Below, piece after piece: positions 40,772 to 52,185 of a DNA stretch of 64,000 bases. A program made the translations under genes and the position numbers. The notes under the pieces are model-generated. The model was not told the origin of the DNA. It did no database searches and saw only the letters and a list, made by a program, of their open reading frames with translations. Each line of letters starts with the position of its first letter. Position 1 is the first letter of the stretch. Source of the DNA: an uncultured Chloroflexia bacterium (GTDB taxonomy: Bacteria > Chloroflexota > Anaerolineae > CG2-30-64-16). The stretch is from positions 1,152,001 to 1,216,000 of the forward strand of contig CAVZDU010000001.1 in the NCBI GenBank assembly GCA_963774265.1, written 5' to 3'.

Positions 40772-41110
40772 CTATCGCACGATCGCCGAAATAATCCACG
40801 TCAAGATGCTGAGCACGATTGCCGCAATCAAGGCGCCAAGGAAGCCGTTTACATGCACGCCCTTCACCAGTGCTCCCATGAGCATGATCATCAATGCATT
40901 TAGGACCAGCAAGAACAAGCCCAACGTGAGGATCGTGATGGGCAGCGACAGAAACACAAGGATCGGACGCACGAACGCGTTAAGCAGGCCCAACACCAGC
41001 GCCGCAATCAGCGTGGTGGTAAGGTCGGGGATCTGCAGGCCTAGATTCAGCCGCGAAACGATGAAGAGGCCGGCTGCCGTGATCAGAACAGTAACGATGA
41101 AATTGGTCAT
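40772..41110 (-). CDS. YvlD/DUF360 (phage holin 4 superfamily) membrane protein
   Basis: LGLLNAFVRPIL..LPITILTLGLF..VLNA. Confidence 0.88.
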   Translation of the reverse strand: MTNFIVTVLITAAGLFIVSRLNLGLQIPDLTTTLIAALVLGLLNAFVRPILVFLSLPITILTLGLFLLVLNALMIMLMGALVKGVHVNGFLGALIAAIVLSILTWIISAIVR

Positions 41111-41190
41111 ATTGCCCTCCCAACCATAGATTCATACACTAATACGCACGATACAGTAAGTAAGTTTCCCCCTGGTGCTATAATGTCTCC

Positions 41191-42130
41191 ATGAACGAGT
41201 ATGACGTTTGGGTGTCTCGATATATCCCGCGCATGGACGGCAAAACCATCCTCATCACGGGCGCGAACAGCGGCCTGGGCTTTGAGACTGCGAAGCTGCT
41301 GGCGACTCGGGGCGCACGCCTGATACTGGCGACCCGCAACCGCGATAAGGGCGAGGCGGCCATCGCTCGGATCTGCGAGGTGGCGCCGGACTTACAGTGC
41401 GAGCTTCTGCTTCTGGATCTGGCCGATTTGGTCTCCATCGGCCGCTTTGCGGAGAATGTGCGTGAAGCACACTCCCGATTGCATGGGCTGATCAATAGCG
41501 CGGGTGTGATGGCCATCCCTCAGCGCAACACTGTCGATGGTTTTGAGATGCAGTTCGGGACAAACCACCTCGGCCACTTTGCGCTCACCGGCCTGCTGTT
41601 GCCCCTCCTGCTGCACACACCCGGCGCGGCGGGTGGTCACCGTGTCCAGCGCGATCCACATGATCGGCCGGATCAACTTCGATGACTTGCAGAGCGTGAA
41701 CAAGTACAGTGATTGGCGCGCCTATGCACAGAGTAAGCTCGCCAACTTACTGTTCGCCTACGAATTGCAGCATCGTTTTGCAAACAACTCTGTAGATGCC
41801 ATGAGCCTGGCTGTCCAGCCCGGCTATGCCTCAACCAACCTGCAGAGTGTGAGCCCGGCCATGACCGAATCGAGGTGGCGACAGGCGATGATGCAATTGT
41901 CCAACCGTATCATCGCCCAGAGCGCAGCCATGGGCGCGCTTCCCGCCGTCTATGCCGCGACATCTCCACACGCGCACGGCGGGGATTACATCGGGCCGGA
42001 CGGTTTTCTGGGTCAGCACGGATTCCCGAAGAAGACTCGATCCAGCGCCGTCGCTCATGATGTAGAAAGTGCCAGGAAGCTGTGGCAGATATCGGAAGAA
42101 CTGACCGGCGTGCAGTATGCCTTCAAGTAA
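41191..42130 (+). CDS. Short-chain dehydrogenase (retinol-DH/WWOX-like; apparent indel near 41625)
   Basis: TGANSGLG, NSAGVM, GTNHLGHF, YAQSK. Confidence 0.9.
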
Positions 42131-42140
42131 GAATGGAGGG

Positions 42141-42201
42141 GCGCCACAGAGGACACCGAGTGCCTCGAAGGCTTGTTACCCCGGTGGTCTCTGTGGCACC
42201 T
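42141..42201. repeat. CCACAGAG-type intergenic inverted repeat
   Basis: GCCACAGAGGACACCG..CGGTGGTCTCTGTGGC; related units at 52056-52185. Confidence 0.5.
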
Positions 42202-42223
42202 GGCTCTCAGTTCCGCAACTCTC

Positions 42224-44137
<1,914 letters not shown>

Positions 44138-44254
44138 GGCTTTCCCTCCGCAAACGTAGCAAGTGGCTTCATACAAGTATAAATCGAATTATACATAAAT
44201 TGGTTACAAGATGCAATGCCGTACTCTTGCTAGCTTCAATATGACACGGGCTGG

Positions 44255-44300
44255 TTGACGCTTGAGAAAATGAGGCTATAATTCGTACAAATAGTAACGA
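44255..44300 (+). promoter_or_regulatory. rex promoter with candidate Rex operator
   Basis: TTGACG-N16-TATAAT followed by the 18-bp imperfect palindrome TCGTACAAATAGTAACGA. Confidence 0.6.
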
Positions 44301-44344
44301 ACTTACCCCGGTCCGTTCGACGTCCGTGGGCGAGGAGCACATCT

Positions 44345-45028
44345 ATGACCGATATCCGCTCTGTCGGCATCCCGGCACCCAGCCTCCGTCGTTTGCCGTT
44401 GTACTACCGGCATCTGAGGCAGTCCCTCGACAAGGGCCGCGGCAGCGTGTCATCCAAGGAGCTTGGCGACGCGGCTGATGTGCCTGATGCGCAGGTCCGC
44501 AAGGATTTGGGCTATCTGGCATATGAGGGTCGGCCCGGTGTAGGATATGATGCCAGGCTGCTGGCAGCGTGCCTGGAAGAGTTCCTGGGGCTGGTCAATG
44601 ACAAGGAGGCTGTTCTCGTCGGTCTTGGCAATCTGGGACATGCGCTGGTTAACTATCCGGGATTTGAGCGGTACGGTTTACATATTATCGCGGTCTTCGA
44701 CGGCGACCCGGGGAAGTTGGGCCGGCTGCCTGACGGCCGGCAGGTGTTCGCGGTGGGAAGGCTGTCCGACCTGGTGCGCCGGCTCCAGGTGCGCATCGGC
44801 ATCATCACTGTGCCGGAGTCTGCCGCACAGGCCGTTGCCGACGCCCTAATTGCCGGTGGGGTGCAGGTGATCTGGAACTTCGCTTCATGCAAGCTGAATG
44901 TCCCTGCGGATGTGCTGGTGAAGAACGAAGACCTTGCCGCTGAACTGGCGACGCTGTCGCACTATATTACGCAGCGGAAACTCGGAATCGATGAGACGCC
45001 CGGGCGCCAAGATGCCGGCATCGTCTAG
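44345..45028 (+). CDS. rex: Redox-sensing transcriptional repressor Rex
   Basis: RRLPLY, SSKELG, QVRKDL, GRPGVGY, VGLGNLG, IWNFA. Confidence 0.95.
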   Translation: MTDIRSVGIPAPSLRRLPLYYRHLRQSLDKGRGSVSSKELGDAADVPDAQVRKDLGYLAYEGRPGVGYDARLLAACLEEFLGLVNDKEAVLVGLGNLGHALVNYPGFERYGLHIIAVFDGDPGKLGRLPDGRQVFAVGRLSDLVRRLQVRIGIITVPESAAQAVADALIAGGVQVIWNFASCKLNVPADVLVKNEDLAAELATLSHYITQRKLGIDETPGRQDAGIV

Positions 45029-45080
45029 TTCCACAGGGTGCAACTGTCAATCCTAGGTCCCAAGTCGCTCTGGAGAGTGC

Positions 45081-45326
45081 ATGCTAACGATCGTCATTTG
45101 TGTGGGTAGTTCTTGTTACGTTCGTGGATCCGAGGATCTGGCCGCGGCCTTCGACCGGCTGATCAGGGAGCGCGACCTGGCCGCGCGGATAGAGTTAACC
45201 GGCGCATTCTGTATGGATCAGTGTTCCATGGGTGTCTCGGTCCGCGTGGGCGACAGGGTGTATGGCGGCGTTGATGCGACGGATCCCGTCGGGTTCTTCG
45301 AGCGTGAAGTGGCGCCGTGTTTATGA
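45081..45326 (+). CDS. Thioredoxin-like [2Fe-2S] small protein (HfsA-like)
   Basis: ICVGSSCYVRGS, GAFCMDQCSMG. Confidence 0.85.
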   Translation: MLTIVICVGSSCYVRGSEDLAAAFDRLIRERDLAARIELTGAFCMDQCSMGVSVRVGDRVYGGVDATDPVGFFEREVAPCL

Positions 45327-45394
45327 ATCCCGACAACGGCCCGCTTATCTCCATTTTGATCGGTAACGCAACAACGCCACCAAAGAGGAAGTGA
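45323..45394 (+). pseudogene. 23-codon relic, probable deletion scar of a sensory [FeFe]-hydrogenase (hydS/hfsB-like)
   Basis: ATGA overlap with the upstream stop; MNPDNGPLISILIGNATTPPKRK*; ends 4 nt before the phosphatase start. Confidence 0.4.
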
Positions 45395-45398
45395 TTGC

Positions 45399-46559
45399 GT
45401 GGAGCCTATTGTCGAATTTGCCTGGAAAAGCCTGTGCAAGCATGGCGAAGAGTTGTGCGGGGATTGGGCTAAGGTCGTTTCAACTGACGAGGACTTGATT
45501 GTTGTGCTCTCGGATGGGTTGGGCAGTGGGGTGAAGGCCAACATCCTCGCCACGCTCAGCGCCCAGATTGCCGCGGATATGCTGCAAAAGGGCGCGAGCA
45601 TCGATGAAGTGGTCGAGACCCTGGTCGAGACACTGCCGGAGTGCCAGGTGCGCCACCTGGCGTATGCCACTTTTGCGGTCCTGCGCATCCACAAGGCGCG
45701 TGAAGCCTATCTGGCTGAGTATGACAGCCCGCCGCTTTTTCTCATTCGCGGTGGGCAGGTCGTTGGGCCGCCGATGCGTGAACGGGTCATCGCAGGACGA
45801 ACGATTCGAGAAGGGCACTTCACACTGGAGTTGGACGACTACCTCGTGCTCGTGAGCGACGGCTACATCCATGCGGGTGTGGGCGGACTATATCGGATGG
45901 GATGGGGCTGGAACAATATTGGTATCGCAGTGCAGCGTTGGGCCGCGACCAGGGGCGACACGCATCAGTTGGTCCATGCGCTCAGCCGTACGTGCCTGAA
46001 GCTATCCAAGGATACACCGGGCGACGACGCTACGGCGGTGGCTATGTGGGTGCGCCCTCAGCGCAAGGCGACCGTGCTAACGGGTCCACCCGCCGACACG
46101 ACCCGCGATTCTGAGGCGGTGCACAAGTTGATGGCCACCACCGGCGTGAAGGCCATCTGTGGCGGGACCACTGCGCAGATGGCGGCACGCGTATTGGGTA
46201 AACCGCTCAGGGTGGCCTGGCCGCCTGCCCGCCGTGGCGCCGGGCGAAAACTGCCGCCTGCAGGCTTGTTGGAAGGCGTGGACCTGGTAACCGAGGGCAT
46301 TCTCACGCTGAGTTCTGCGGTCGATTGTCTGCGCGATGTGCGAACGGTGCACGACCTATCGAACGATCAGGATGCAGCAACACAGCTGGTCCGTGCGCTG
46401 CTCGGCGCTGACCAGATTCACTTTATTGTCGGTGACGCGATCAACCCACAGCAGCTAGCCGATGTGGTACGCGGGGTGCCGATGCGCCAGATCTATCTGG
46501 ATGAGTTGGTTGCGAAGTTGCGCGAGCGGAATAAGACAGTGACAGTGGAGCATCTGTGA
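45399..46559 (+). CDS. SpoIIE/PP2C-family Ser/Thr phosphatase (HfsC-like)
   Basis: EELCGD, LSDGLGSGVKANILATL, VSDG, GDDAT, CGGTT, VTEGILTL. Confidence 0.88.
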   Translation: MEPIVEFAWKSLCKHGEELCGDWAKVVSTDEDLIVVLSDGLGSGVKANILATLSAQIAADMLQKGASIDEVVETLVETLPECQVRHLAYATFAVLRIHKAREAYLAEYDSPPLFLIRGGQVVGPPMRERVIAGRTIREGHFTLELDDYLVLVSDGYIHAGVGGLYRMGWGWNNIGIAVQRWAATRGDTHQLVHALSRTCLKLSKDTPGDDATAVAMWVRPQRKATVLTGPPADTTRDSEAVHKLMATTGVKAICGGTTAQMAARVLGKPLRVAWPPARRGAGRKLPPAGLLEGVDLVTEGILTLSSAVDCLRDVRTVHDLSNDQDAATQLVRALLGADQIHFIVGDAINPQQLADVVRGVPMRQIYLDELVAKLRERNKTVTVEHL

Positions 46560-46595
46560 TTGGATGTCGTAGAGGATGATCGAGTGAGGAAGGCA

Positions 46596-46949
46596 ATGGA
46601 TCCCGAGTTTCTTGTGGTCCTGGTGACCGTTTCTGACGCGGACACGGGGGTCCAACTCGGCCGGCAGCTCGTCGAAGAGCATCTGGCGGCATGCGTGCAG
46701 GTGATGCCGGTTGGCACGGCAATCTACCGGTGGCAGGGAGAACTCTATGTGGAACCCCAAGCGCAGGTGCTCATCAAGACACGGAAGACCTTGTGGGAGA
46801 GTCTGCGCGCCCGTGTGGTCGAGCTTCACCCCGACCAGGTCCCGGAGATCCTCGCACTGCCGATCGTAGATGGTCTTCCTGCGTATCTGGGCTGGCTGCG
46901 CGAGTCAACTGGGGCGCCTGACGCTTCCAATGAGTCCCTATCGCAGTGA
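46596..46949 (+). CDS. cutA: Divalent-cation tolerance protein CutA
   Basis: LAACVQ, IYRWQG, IKT, HPDQVPEI, YLGWL. Confidence 0.9.
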   Translation: MDPEFLVVLVTVSDADTGVQLGRQLVEEHLAACVQVMPVGTAIYRWQGELYVEPQAQVLIKTRKTLWESLRARVVELHPDQVPEILALPIVDGLPAYLGWLRESTGAPDASNESLSQ

Positions 46950-46991
46950 TCCGGTGCGTGCGTGGCACTGGACGCGCATTTGAGGGCAACG

Positions 46992-47027
46992 AAAACCGGG
47001 CCCCGCTGTATGGGAGGCCCGGTTTTG
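46992..47027. terminator. Bidirectional intrinsic terminator
   Basis: AAAACCGGGCC..GGCCCGGTTTT. Confidence 0.7.
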
Positions 47028-47040
47028 AGTTGTGTGATCT

Positions 47041-47451
47041 TTACTTCAGCGACAACAGGTAGGCCACAAGATCGTTGAGTTGAGTGTCGCTTACGACACC
47101 TTTGAAAACTGGCATCACCCCTACCGCATATCCCTTGGGCGCATGCGAGTTCGGATCAACGATGGAATTGCGGATGTACTGCTCGGCCGACTGGCCCTGA
47201 ACCTCTTTACCAGCGCGCGCCCCGATGCCCTGCAGAGATGGCCCAACCAGCTTGGAACCATCCAGCGAGTGGCAAGTGACGCACCCCACATTAGCGCCGA
47301 TCGTCTGTTGCGCAAATAGCGCCTTGCCGGCGTTCACGTCGCCGGCCCCACCGGTGCTTCCGGTCGGTGTAGTCGTGCTGCTGCCACCACCGCAAGCCGC
47401 CAACAGGGCCATGCCGACTACCAGCACCACCAACAGATAACGTGTCCTCAT
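47041..47451 (-). CDS. Monohaem cytochrome c lipoprotein
   Basis: Lipobox LAAC, CVTCH, VGPSL, distal MP. Confidence 0.9.
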   Translation of the reverse strand: MRTRYLLVVLVVGMALLAACGGGSSTTTPTGSTGGAGDVNAGKALFAQQTIGANVGCVTCHSLDGSKLVGPSLQGIGARAGKEVQGQSAEQYIRNSIVDPNSHAPKGYAVGVMPVFKGVVSDTQLNDLVAYLLSLK

Positions 47452-47555
47452 AGGTTTCTCCTTAACTGACTTGATGCGCCTTCAAACGCGAATAGGACCC
47501 ACTCATTATCCCACTATTCAGGTCGAAGGCCAGTGAGTTGCTATCCAAAGAGCAT

Positions 47556-48743
47556 TTACGGCTGCAGGTTCGCCTGGATTACGCCGCGCACACCGTTTAT
47601 CAACCAATCCGGATCCTCCGCAGCGGCCTGCTCAGCCTGACCTGGGGCGAGGCCAACAATCAACTGTGACTTGAAGGTGCGCAGCGCAACGAGAGAGGCT
47701 GGAAAATAGGCTGTGGTTTCGACGAAAGACGTTGTGGGCGGCCAGTGCGCGTCGCCGACCAGTCGCCGGTAGTTGGCGTCGCCCTTGATGATGACCAGGT
47801 CCAGCCTACCAAGCGCTGTGCGGAGGTCCGCGGGCATCTCCTCGAAGAACAAGGACGAGCAGTAGAAGGCATGCGTTTGCGGCTGCAGATCGCCCGCAGC
47901 CACGTGGGCATCGATTCGGCGGCCCAGCCGCGCGGCCAGTCCGCCCGCTTCGATGAGCGCATCCGTCCCGGCAGCCAGATCGGGGATCATCGCATCGGAC
48001 ACGTAGAACGGCTGGGGCTTCAGGTGCAGGTGGATCTCGGAGGCCAGGTCAGTGCTCAGAAGGAAGTCGGCCAATGCGGCATCCATCAGCAGCTCCGTGC
48101 CCGCGTTATCAGCGATGATGCCGATGCGGCCGCCTTCATGGGCCAGGACGTGTGCCCAGACCGCCGCCCAATCATCGACCGGGAGATTCGCTCGCTCCTG
48201 GTCGGGCGCGGCCGTCGCCCCCAGATCCGCGGCCACCGTATAGCTCAGGTCCGTCCGATTGCCCCACAAACTAGCGTGGAGCAACTGCTCGAAGCGGGTC
48301 TCCATATCGCCGGACAAATTGGCCAGCAGCCGCGCGACCGCCGCAGGCGCGACGTCGCGCGCCCACTCTTTGCGCTTCGTGCTCGCGAATGGATCGAACC
48401 CGTGGAGCGGACCAGGGCCGAAGTAGCCGGTGGCCTCAAGGACGCGGCGGTAGAAATAAGCCTCCGCCCAATGCCACGGGACATCGAGCCATGTGCGGCC
48501 AAAATAGGGTGCGGAGCGCGTGTTCCAGTCGACCGCATCCGCTGACGCCTGTCGCAGTGGACGGATCCGCCCACCAATGAGTTCGGCGTGGAGGGCCTCC
48601 AATTCCTGGAGGACATCGGCCGGAAAGTCATTGGCTGCGATCATGTCTCGCAAGATGCGCGGGACACGCACCTTGAGCGTGTTGTGGGCGAATGTGCCGG
48701 CCTCGGAAGTCAGCAGAAGGGGCGGTCGATCGGGCCGGCTCAT
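47556..48743 (-). CDS. DUF89/ARMT1-like damage-control phosphatase
   Basis: AEAYFYRR, LWGNRTD, ADNAGTE, PFYVSD, KGDANYRR, LRTFKS. Confidence 0.88.
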   Translation of the reverse strand: MSRPDRPPLLLTSEAGTFAHNTLKVRVPRILRDMIAANDFPADVLQELEALHAELIGGRIRPLRQASADAVDWNTRSAPYFGRTWLDVPWHWAEAYFYRRVLEATGYFGPGPLHGFDPFASTKRKEWARDVAPAAVARLLANLSGDMETRFEQLLHASLWGNRTDLSYTVAADLGATAAPDQERANLPVDDWAAVWAHVLAHEGGRIGIIADNAGTELLMDAALADFLLSTDLASEIHLHLKPQPFYVSDAMIPDLAAGTDALIEAGGLAARLGRRIDAHVAAGDLQPQTHAFYCSSLFFEEMPADLRTALGRLDLVIIKGDANYRRLVGDAHWPPTTSFVETTAYFPASLVALRTFKSQLIVGLAPGQAEQAAAEDPDWLINGVRGVIQANLQP

Positions 48744-48744
48744 G

Positions 48745-49683
48745 TCATCTCACCTCCTCCAGGAGCTCGCGCATTTCCAGCGGCACACCTTTGCGCTCAT
48801 CGCGGACGAGGTTCAGCGCGCCCTGCCCGCATTTGTCGACGCACACGCCGCATCCCATGCACGCTTCCCAGTCTACCTGCGAGCGTCCATCCACCAGATC
48901 GAGCGCACGGAACTGGCACGTGTCAACGCACTCGCCACAGCCTATGCACAGATCAACGTCGGCCTGGCTGACATAGCCCGAGGAAGCCAGCATCGGCACA
49001 CCGTTGAAATGAGCGTGCATCGCACCACAGCAGCACTCGCAGCAGTTGCAGATGGCGTAGAAGCGGCCCAGCATGGCGTCCTTGAAGAACGCGTGATGGA
49101 CATGTCCACGTTCGTGTTCTTCGCTCAGGATTTGTGCCGCCTCGTCCCCGTCGATCCGGCGCGACCGCTGCGGCTGATGCTCCGTGATGAAGCTGGCGAA
49201 CGGCTCCCCGACGATCAGGCACACGTCCAGTGGCTGGCAAGGGGTGGGCCGCGCGGTCCGGCAGGGGCATTGCAGGACGACGATGTGATCGGGGTTCTTG
49301 AGGATGATGTTCCGCGCCAGGGCGTAGGGGATGATCTGTTCCAGATCGCCGAGGTCGACATCGCGGCCGACCCGGACGAGCTGCGTGGCGGCCTCCAGCG
49401 TCAGCACCTTGCCGTGATACGTGTCTGCGAAGCCAACGCCCTGCGCGCTCTCTTCGGCAGCCTGGCGCGCCCCTTCCTTGCGGATCAGGCCGTCGATCCA
49501 GGCGATCAGGGGCTTCGCTTTCCTGGCAAGTGGATGCTCGCCTGTGCCGATACCGATATACAGATAGGGCCAACGCGCGTAGACATAGCCGTGGATCAGG
49601 TCGAACAAGGAGTAGCCGCGCGTGCGCCGGGCCTCGCGGATGAATGCCCGGGTGGATGACCGGGGAAGGAGCGGTATGCGCAT
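48745..49683 (-). CDS. Fe-S protein with C-terminal 2x[4Fe-4S] domain
   Basis: CPCR, ICNCCECCC, CIGCGECVDTC, CMGCGVCVDKC. Confidence 0.85.
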   Translation of the reverse strand: MRIPLLPRSSTRAFIREARRTRGYSLFDLIHGYVYARWPYLYIGIGTGEHPLARKAKPLIAWIDGLIRKEGARQAAEESAQGVGFADTYHGKVLTLEAATQLVRVGRDVDLGDLEQIIPYALARNIILKNPDHIVVLQCPCRTARPTPCQPLDVCLIVGEPFASFITEHQPQRSRRIDGDEAAQILSEEHERGHVHHAFFKDAMLGRFYAICNCCECCCGAMHAHFNGVPMLASSGYVSQADVDLCIGCGECVDTCQFRALDLVDGRSQVDWEACMGCGVCVDKCGQGALNLVRDERKGVPLEMRELLEEVR

Positions 49684-49851
49684 GACAGGTCTCCTCGCAG
49701 ACGACGTGCCTGGGTGTTTGCAGGCTGGCAGCTACGCCAGGGTCCGGTCGAGGGCGGTCATTGAGCCACGTCGTGACGCCGGAGCGCCCAACGGCTGCCC
49801 CCGATGATGATCGCCACGCCGAGCAAGGTCCCGAAGGCGGCTGCAAGCGGG

Positions 49852-51228
49852 TCAGCGCGGCAGTGTGTCGGCCGCCCACAGGGCATAGGGCAACAGAAAG
49901 AGAACACCCGCGGCGACACAGATGAGCAAGGGGCGCCATATCCTAGCGGCGCCTTGCTGGAGCAACCTGACCAGGGCGATGACCGTCATGATCAGGAGGA
50001 TGACGCCCAGCACCAGCATCGCACCCAACGTCAGCATCGAGCCGTAGCCGTGGGTCAGCGCAGGCGGGAACAGGCTCACCACAGCCGCCCAGATAGCCCA
50101 CGCCACGACAAGGGCGAAGATCCAAGCGGGCTTGGCCCGGCTGAAAGCGCCGCTCGCCAGTGTGTTGAAACTCAGCAAGGCGAGACCTGCTGCCAGGAGG
50201 ATTTCTCCGACGAGCAACTGGAAGAAATCGAACGCGCCGCTGACCTCAATCGGCCGGTAAGCGCCGACCGCGATCCCTCGCCAGGCGCCACTTGGGTCCT
50301 GCACCAGCACCCCTGCATGGCCCATCGCGAAGATCGCGTTGCCGGTGCGCCGGTCGATCTTTCCATCCATCGGCGTGGGGCGCAGCTCAGCGGAAGAAGA
50401 CGATCGCTGCCGGGTGGCGGCTTCCACCGCCTCGCTCATGCTCTCGATCTGATAGACCGTACGCCAGGTCGCGCCGCCGTCCTCGGAAAGCTCGATACTC
50501 TGGCCGGGCGTGAAGCGGTAGCTGCGCAGCTCATTCCGCGGATCAGTGACCGTGATCGACCTGCCAGCCGCGTCCTGCCAAGGACTGGGGCAGGACACGG
50601 CCGGCGCGTGGGTCGGCAGTTCCCAGGTCAGCCCGCCGTCCGTGCTGAGGTAGCTGCTGTAAGTCGTGTGGGCCAGCACCTCGCCGTCGTGCTCGTCCAG
50701 GCAGTAGATGCCGGGGTCGGGCGCAGGCGAGTTCGCGACGGTCAGCAGGGCTGCCATGACCAGCGCGGCCCAGCCGGGCGCGGCCAGCTCGATCCGACCG
50801 TCCGCGGGTTCCGGGGTTCGCGCCCACAGGATGGCACTGGCGGCCAGGGCGAGCAGCGCAACGAGGTCGGTGGGGTCGCGGCGCCAGCCAACGGAGAAGC
50901 CCAGCACGCGCTCTGCCAGCGTCACAACGGCCTCATGCGCGATGGGCAGGGTCTTGGCGGCCGCGAACACGGCCGCCACCGACCCGAAGGCCAGCCACCC
51001 CACCACTGCGGAGCGCCGCGGGCCGCGGCCGGGCAGCACCAGCGCCACGAGTGCGGCCGCCAGGAGGGGCACGAAGAACAACCAGGCGAAGTCCCCCAGT
51101 TTGCCGGTGAGCGCGGACGGCCAGGCGCGGCGAAGCAGATGATCGTTGATGAGCAACAGGCCGATCGCTGCGAGCGTCGCGGGATGCACTGACAGGCGCA
51201 ATGCTTTGCGGAGCGTCGGATCGTTCAT
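49852..51228 (-). CDS. Hypothetical membrane protein with BNR/Asp-box-like extracellular region (C-terminus may extend via an indel)
   Basis: NDHLL..TGKLGDFA, DPTDL, STDGGLTW, SEDGGATW, TM helices at both ends. Confidence 0.65.
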   Translation of the reverse strand: MNDPTLRKALRLSVHPATLAAIGLLLINDHLLRRAWPSALTGKLGDFAWLFFVPLLAAALVALVLPGRGPRRSAVVGWLAFGSVAAVFAAAKTLPIAHEAVVTLAERVLGFSVGWRRDPTDLVALLALAASAILWARTPEPADGRIELAAPGWAALVMAALLTVANSPAPDPGIYCLDEHDGEVLAHTTYSSYLSTDGGLTWELPTHAPAVSCPSPWQDAAGRSITVTDPRNELRSYRFTPGQSIELSEDGGATWRTVYQIESMSEAVEAATRQRSSSSAELRPTPMDGKIDRRTGNAIFAMGHAGVLVQDPSGAWRGIAVGAYRPIEVSGAFDFFQLLVGEILLAAGLALLSFNTLASGAFSRAKPAWIFALVVAWAIWAAVVSLFPPALTHGYGSMLTLGAMLVLGVILLIMTVIALVRLLQQGAARIWRPLLICVAAGVLFLLPYALWAADTLPR

Positions 51229-51343
51229 GCGGGCATTATAGCATGCGTTGACACAACCCGCCCCCCGGTGCTATCCTCGGCATGCTGGCCAAGCCAGCAG
51301 CACCACGTTGTGGGTGCGATTCAGCCACGAGAGGCCAGCCAGC

Positions 51344-52039
51344 ATGACCGAACCCTCATCCGACCTTGAACGCGTCATGGTCATCGCTGCACACCCCGAT
51401 GATCCTGAGTTCGGGTGTGCGGGTGCAGTATTGAAATGGGCCCAGGCAGGGCGCCATGTCACGTATGTCCTGATCACCAGCGGCGACAAGGGCAGCCACG
51501 ACCCCGACTTGCGGCCGGGGCAACTGGCCGCGCGGCGCGAGGGCGAGCAGCGCGCGGCCGCCGCGGACCTGGGCGTGCGCGAGGTGATCTTCCTGCACAG
51601 GCCGGATGGCCTGCTGGAGAATACGCTCGAGCTGCGCCGCCAGCTGGCAGACCTGGTGCGCCGGCAGCGCCCCCACATCGTCCTGACCATCGACCCGTGG
51701 CGGCACTATCAGCTCCATCCCGATCACCGCGCGGCGGGGCAGGCAGCGCTGGATGCGGTGTGGTCGGCGCGCGAGTGGTACATCTTCCCGGAGCAGCTCG
51801 TCGAGGGCGTGGAGCCGTGGCGAGTGCGGCAGGTCTATCTGTTCTGGACGGATAACCCCGACTATTGGGAGGACATCAGCGGTTGCCTGGATCAGCGCAT
51901 CGCGGCGCTGATGAGGCACATCAGCCAGGTGGGGACGGAGACGGAGAAGCTGGCCGAGAGGGTGCGCCAACGCGCTCGGGAAGCCGGGGAGAAGCCCGGG
52001 TACGCAGCGGCTGAGGCTTTCAAGAGGTTTGAGTTTTGA
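51344..52039 (+). CDS. PIG-L family deacetylase
   Basis: AHPDDPE, TSGDKG, HPDH, HISQ. Confidence 0.9.
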   Translation: MTEPSSDLERVMVIAAHPDDPEFGCAGAVLKWAQAGRHVTYVLITSGDKGSHDPDLRPGQLAARREGEQRAAAADLGVREVIFLHRPDGLLENTLELRRQLADLVRRQRPHIVLTIDPWRHYQLHPDHRAAGQAALDAVWSAREWYIFPEQLVEGVEPWRVRQVYLFWTDNPDYWEDISGCLDQRIAALMRHISQVGTETEKLAERVRQRAREAGEKPGYAAAEAFKRFEF

Positions 52040-52055
52040 AGGGGGCCGGTTTCTG

Positions 52056-52185
52056 GCCACAGAGAGCGCAGAGGGGCAGCTTGAGGGGGACGATGTTTCG
52101 CCACAGAGAACGCAGAGGTCTCAGAGGGGGTGCAGAGAGCCTACGCGTCCTTTGCGTCCTCTGTGCTCTCCTTGTGCTCTGTGGC
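52056..52185. repeat. CCACAGAG-type repeat cluster overlapping the next gene start
   Basis: GCCACAGAGAGCGCAGAGG, GCCACAGAGAACGCAGAGG and the inverted CTCTGTGGC. Confidence 0.5.

Noticed and set aside
40772-41110. Holin-family gene as evidence of a prophage
   Set aside because: YvlD/DUF360 proteins are common chromosomal membrane proteins and no phage genes are nearby.
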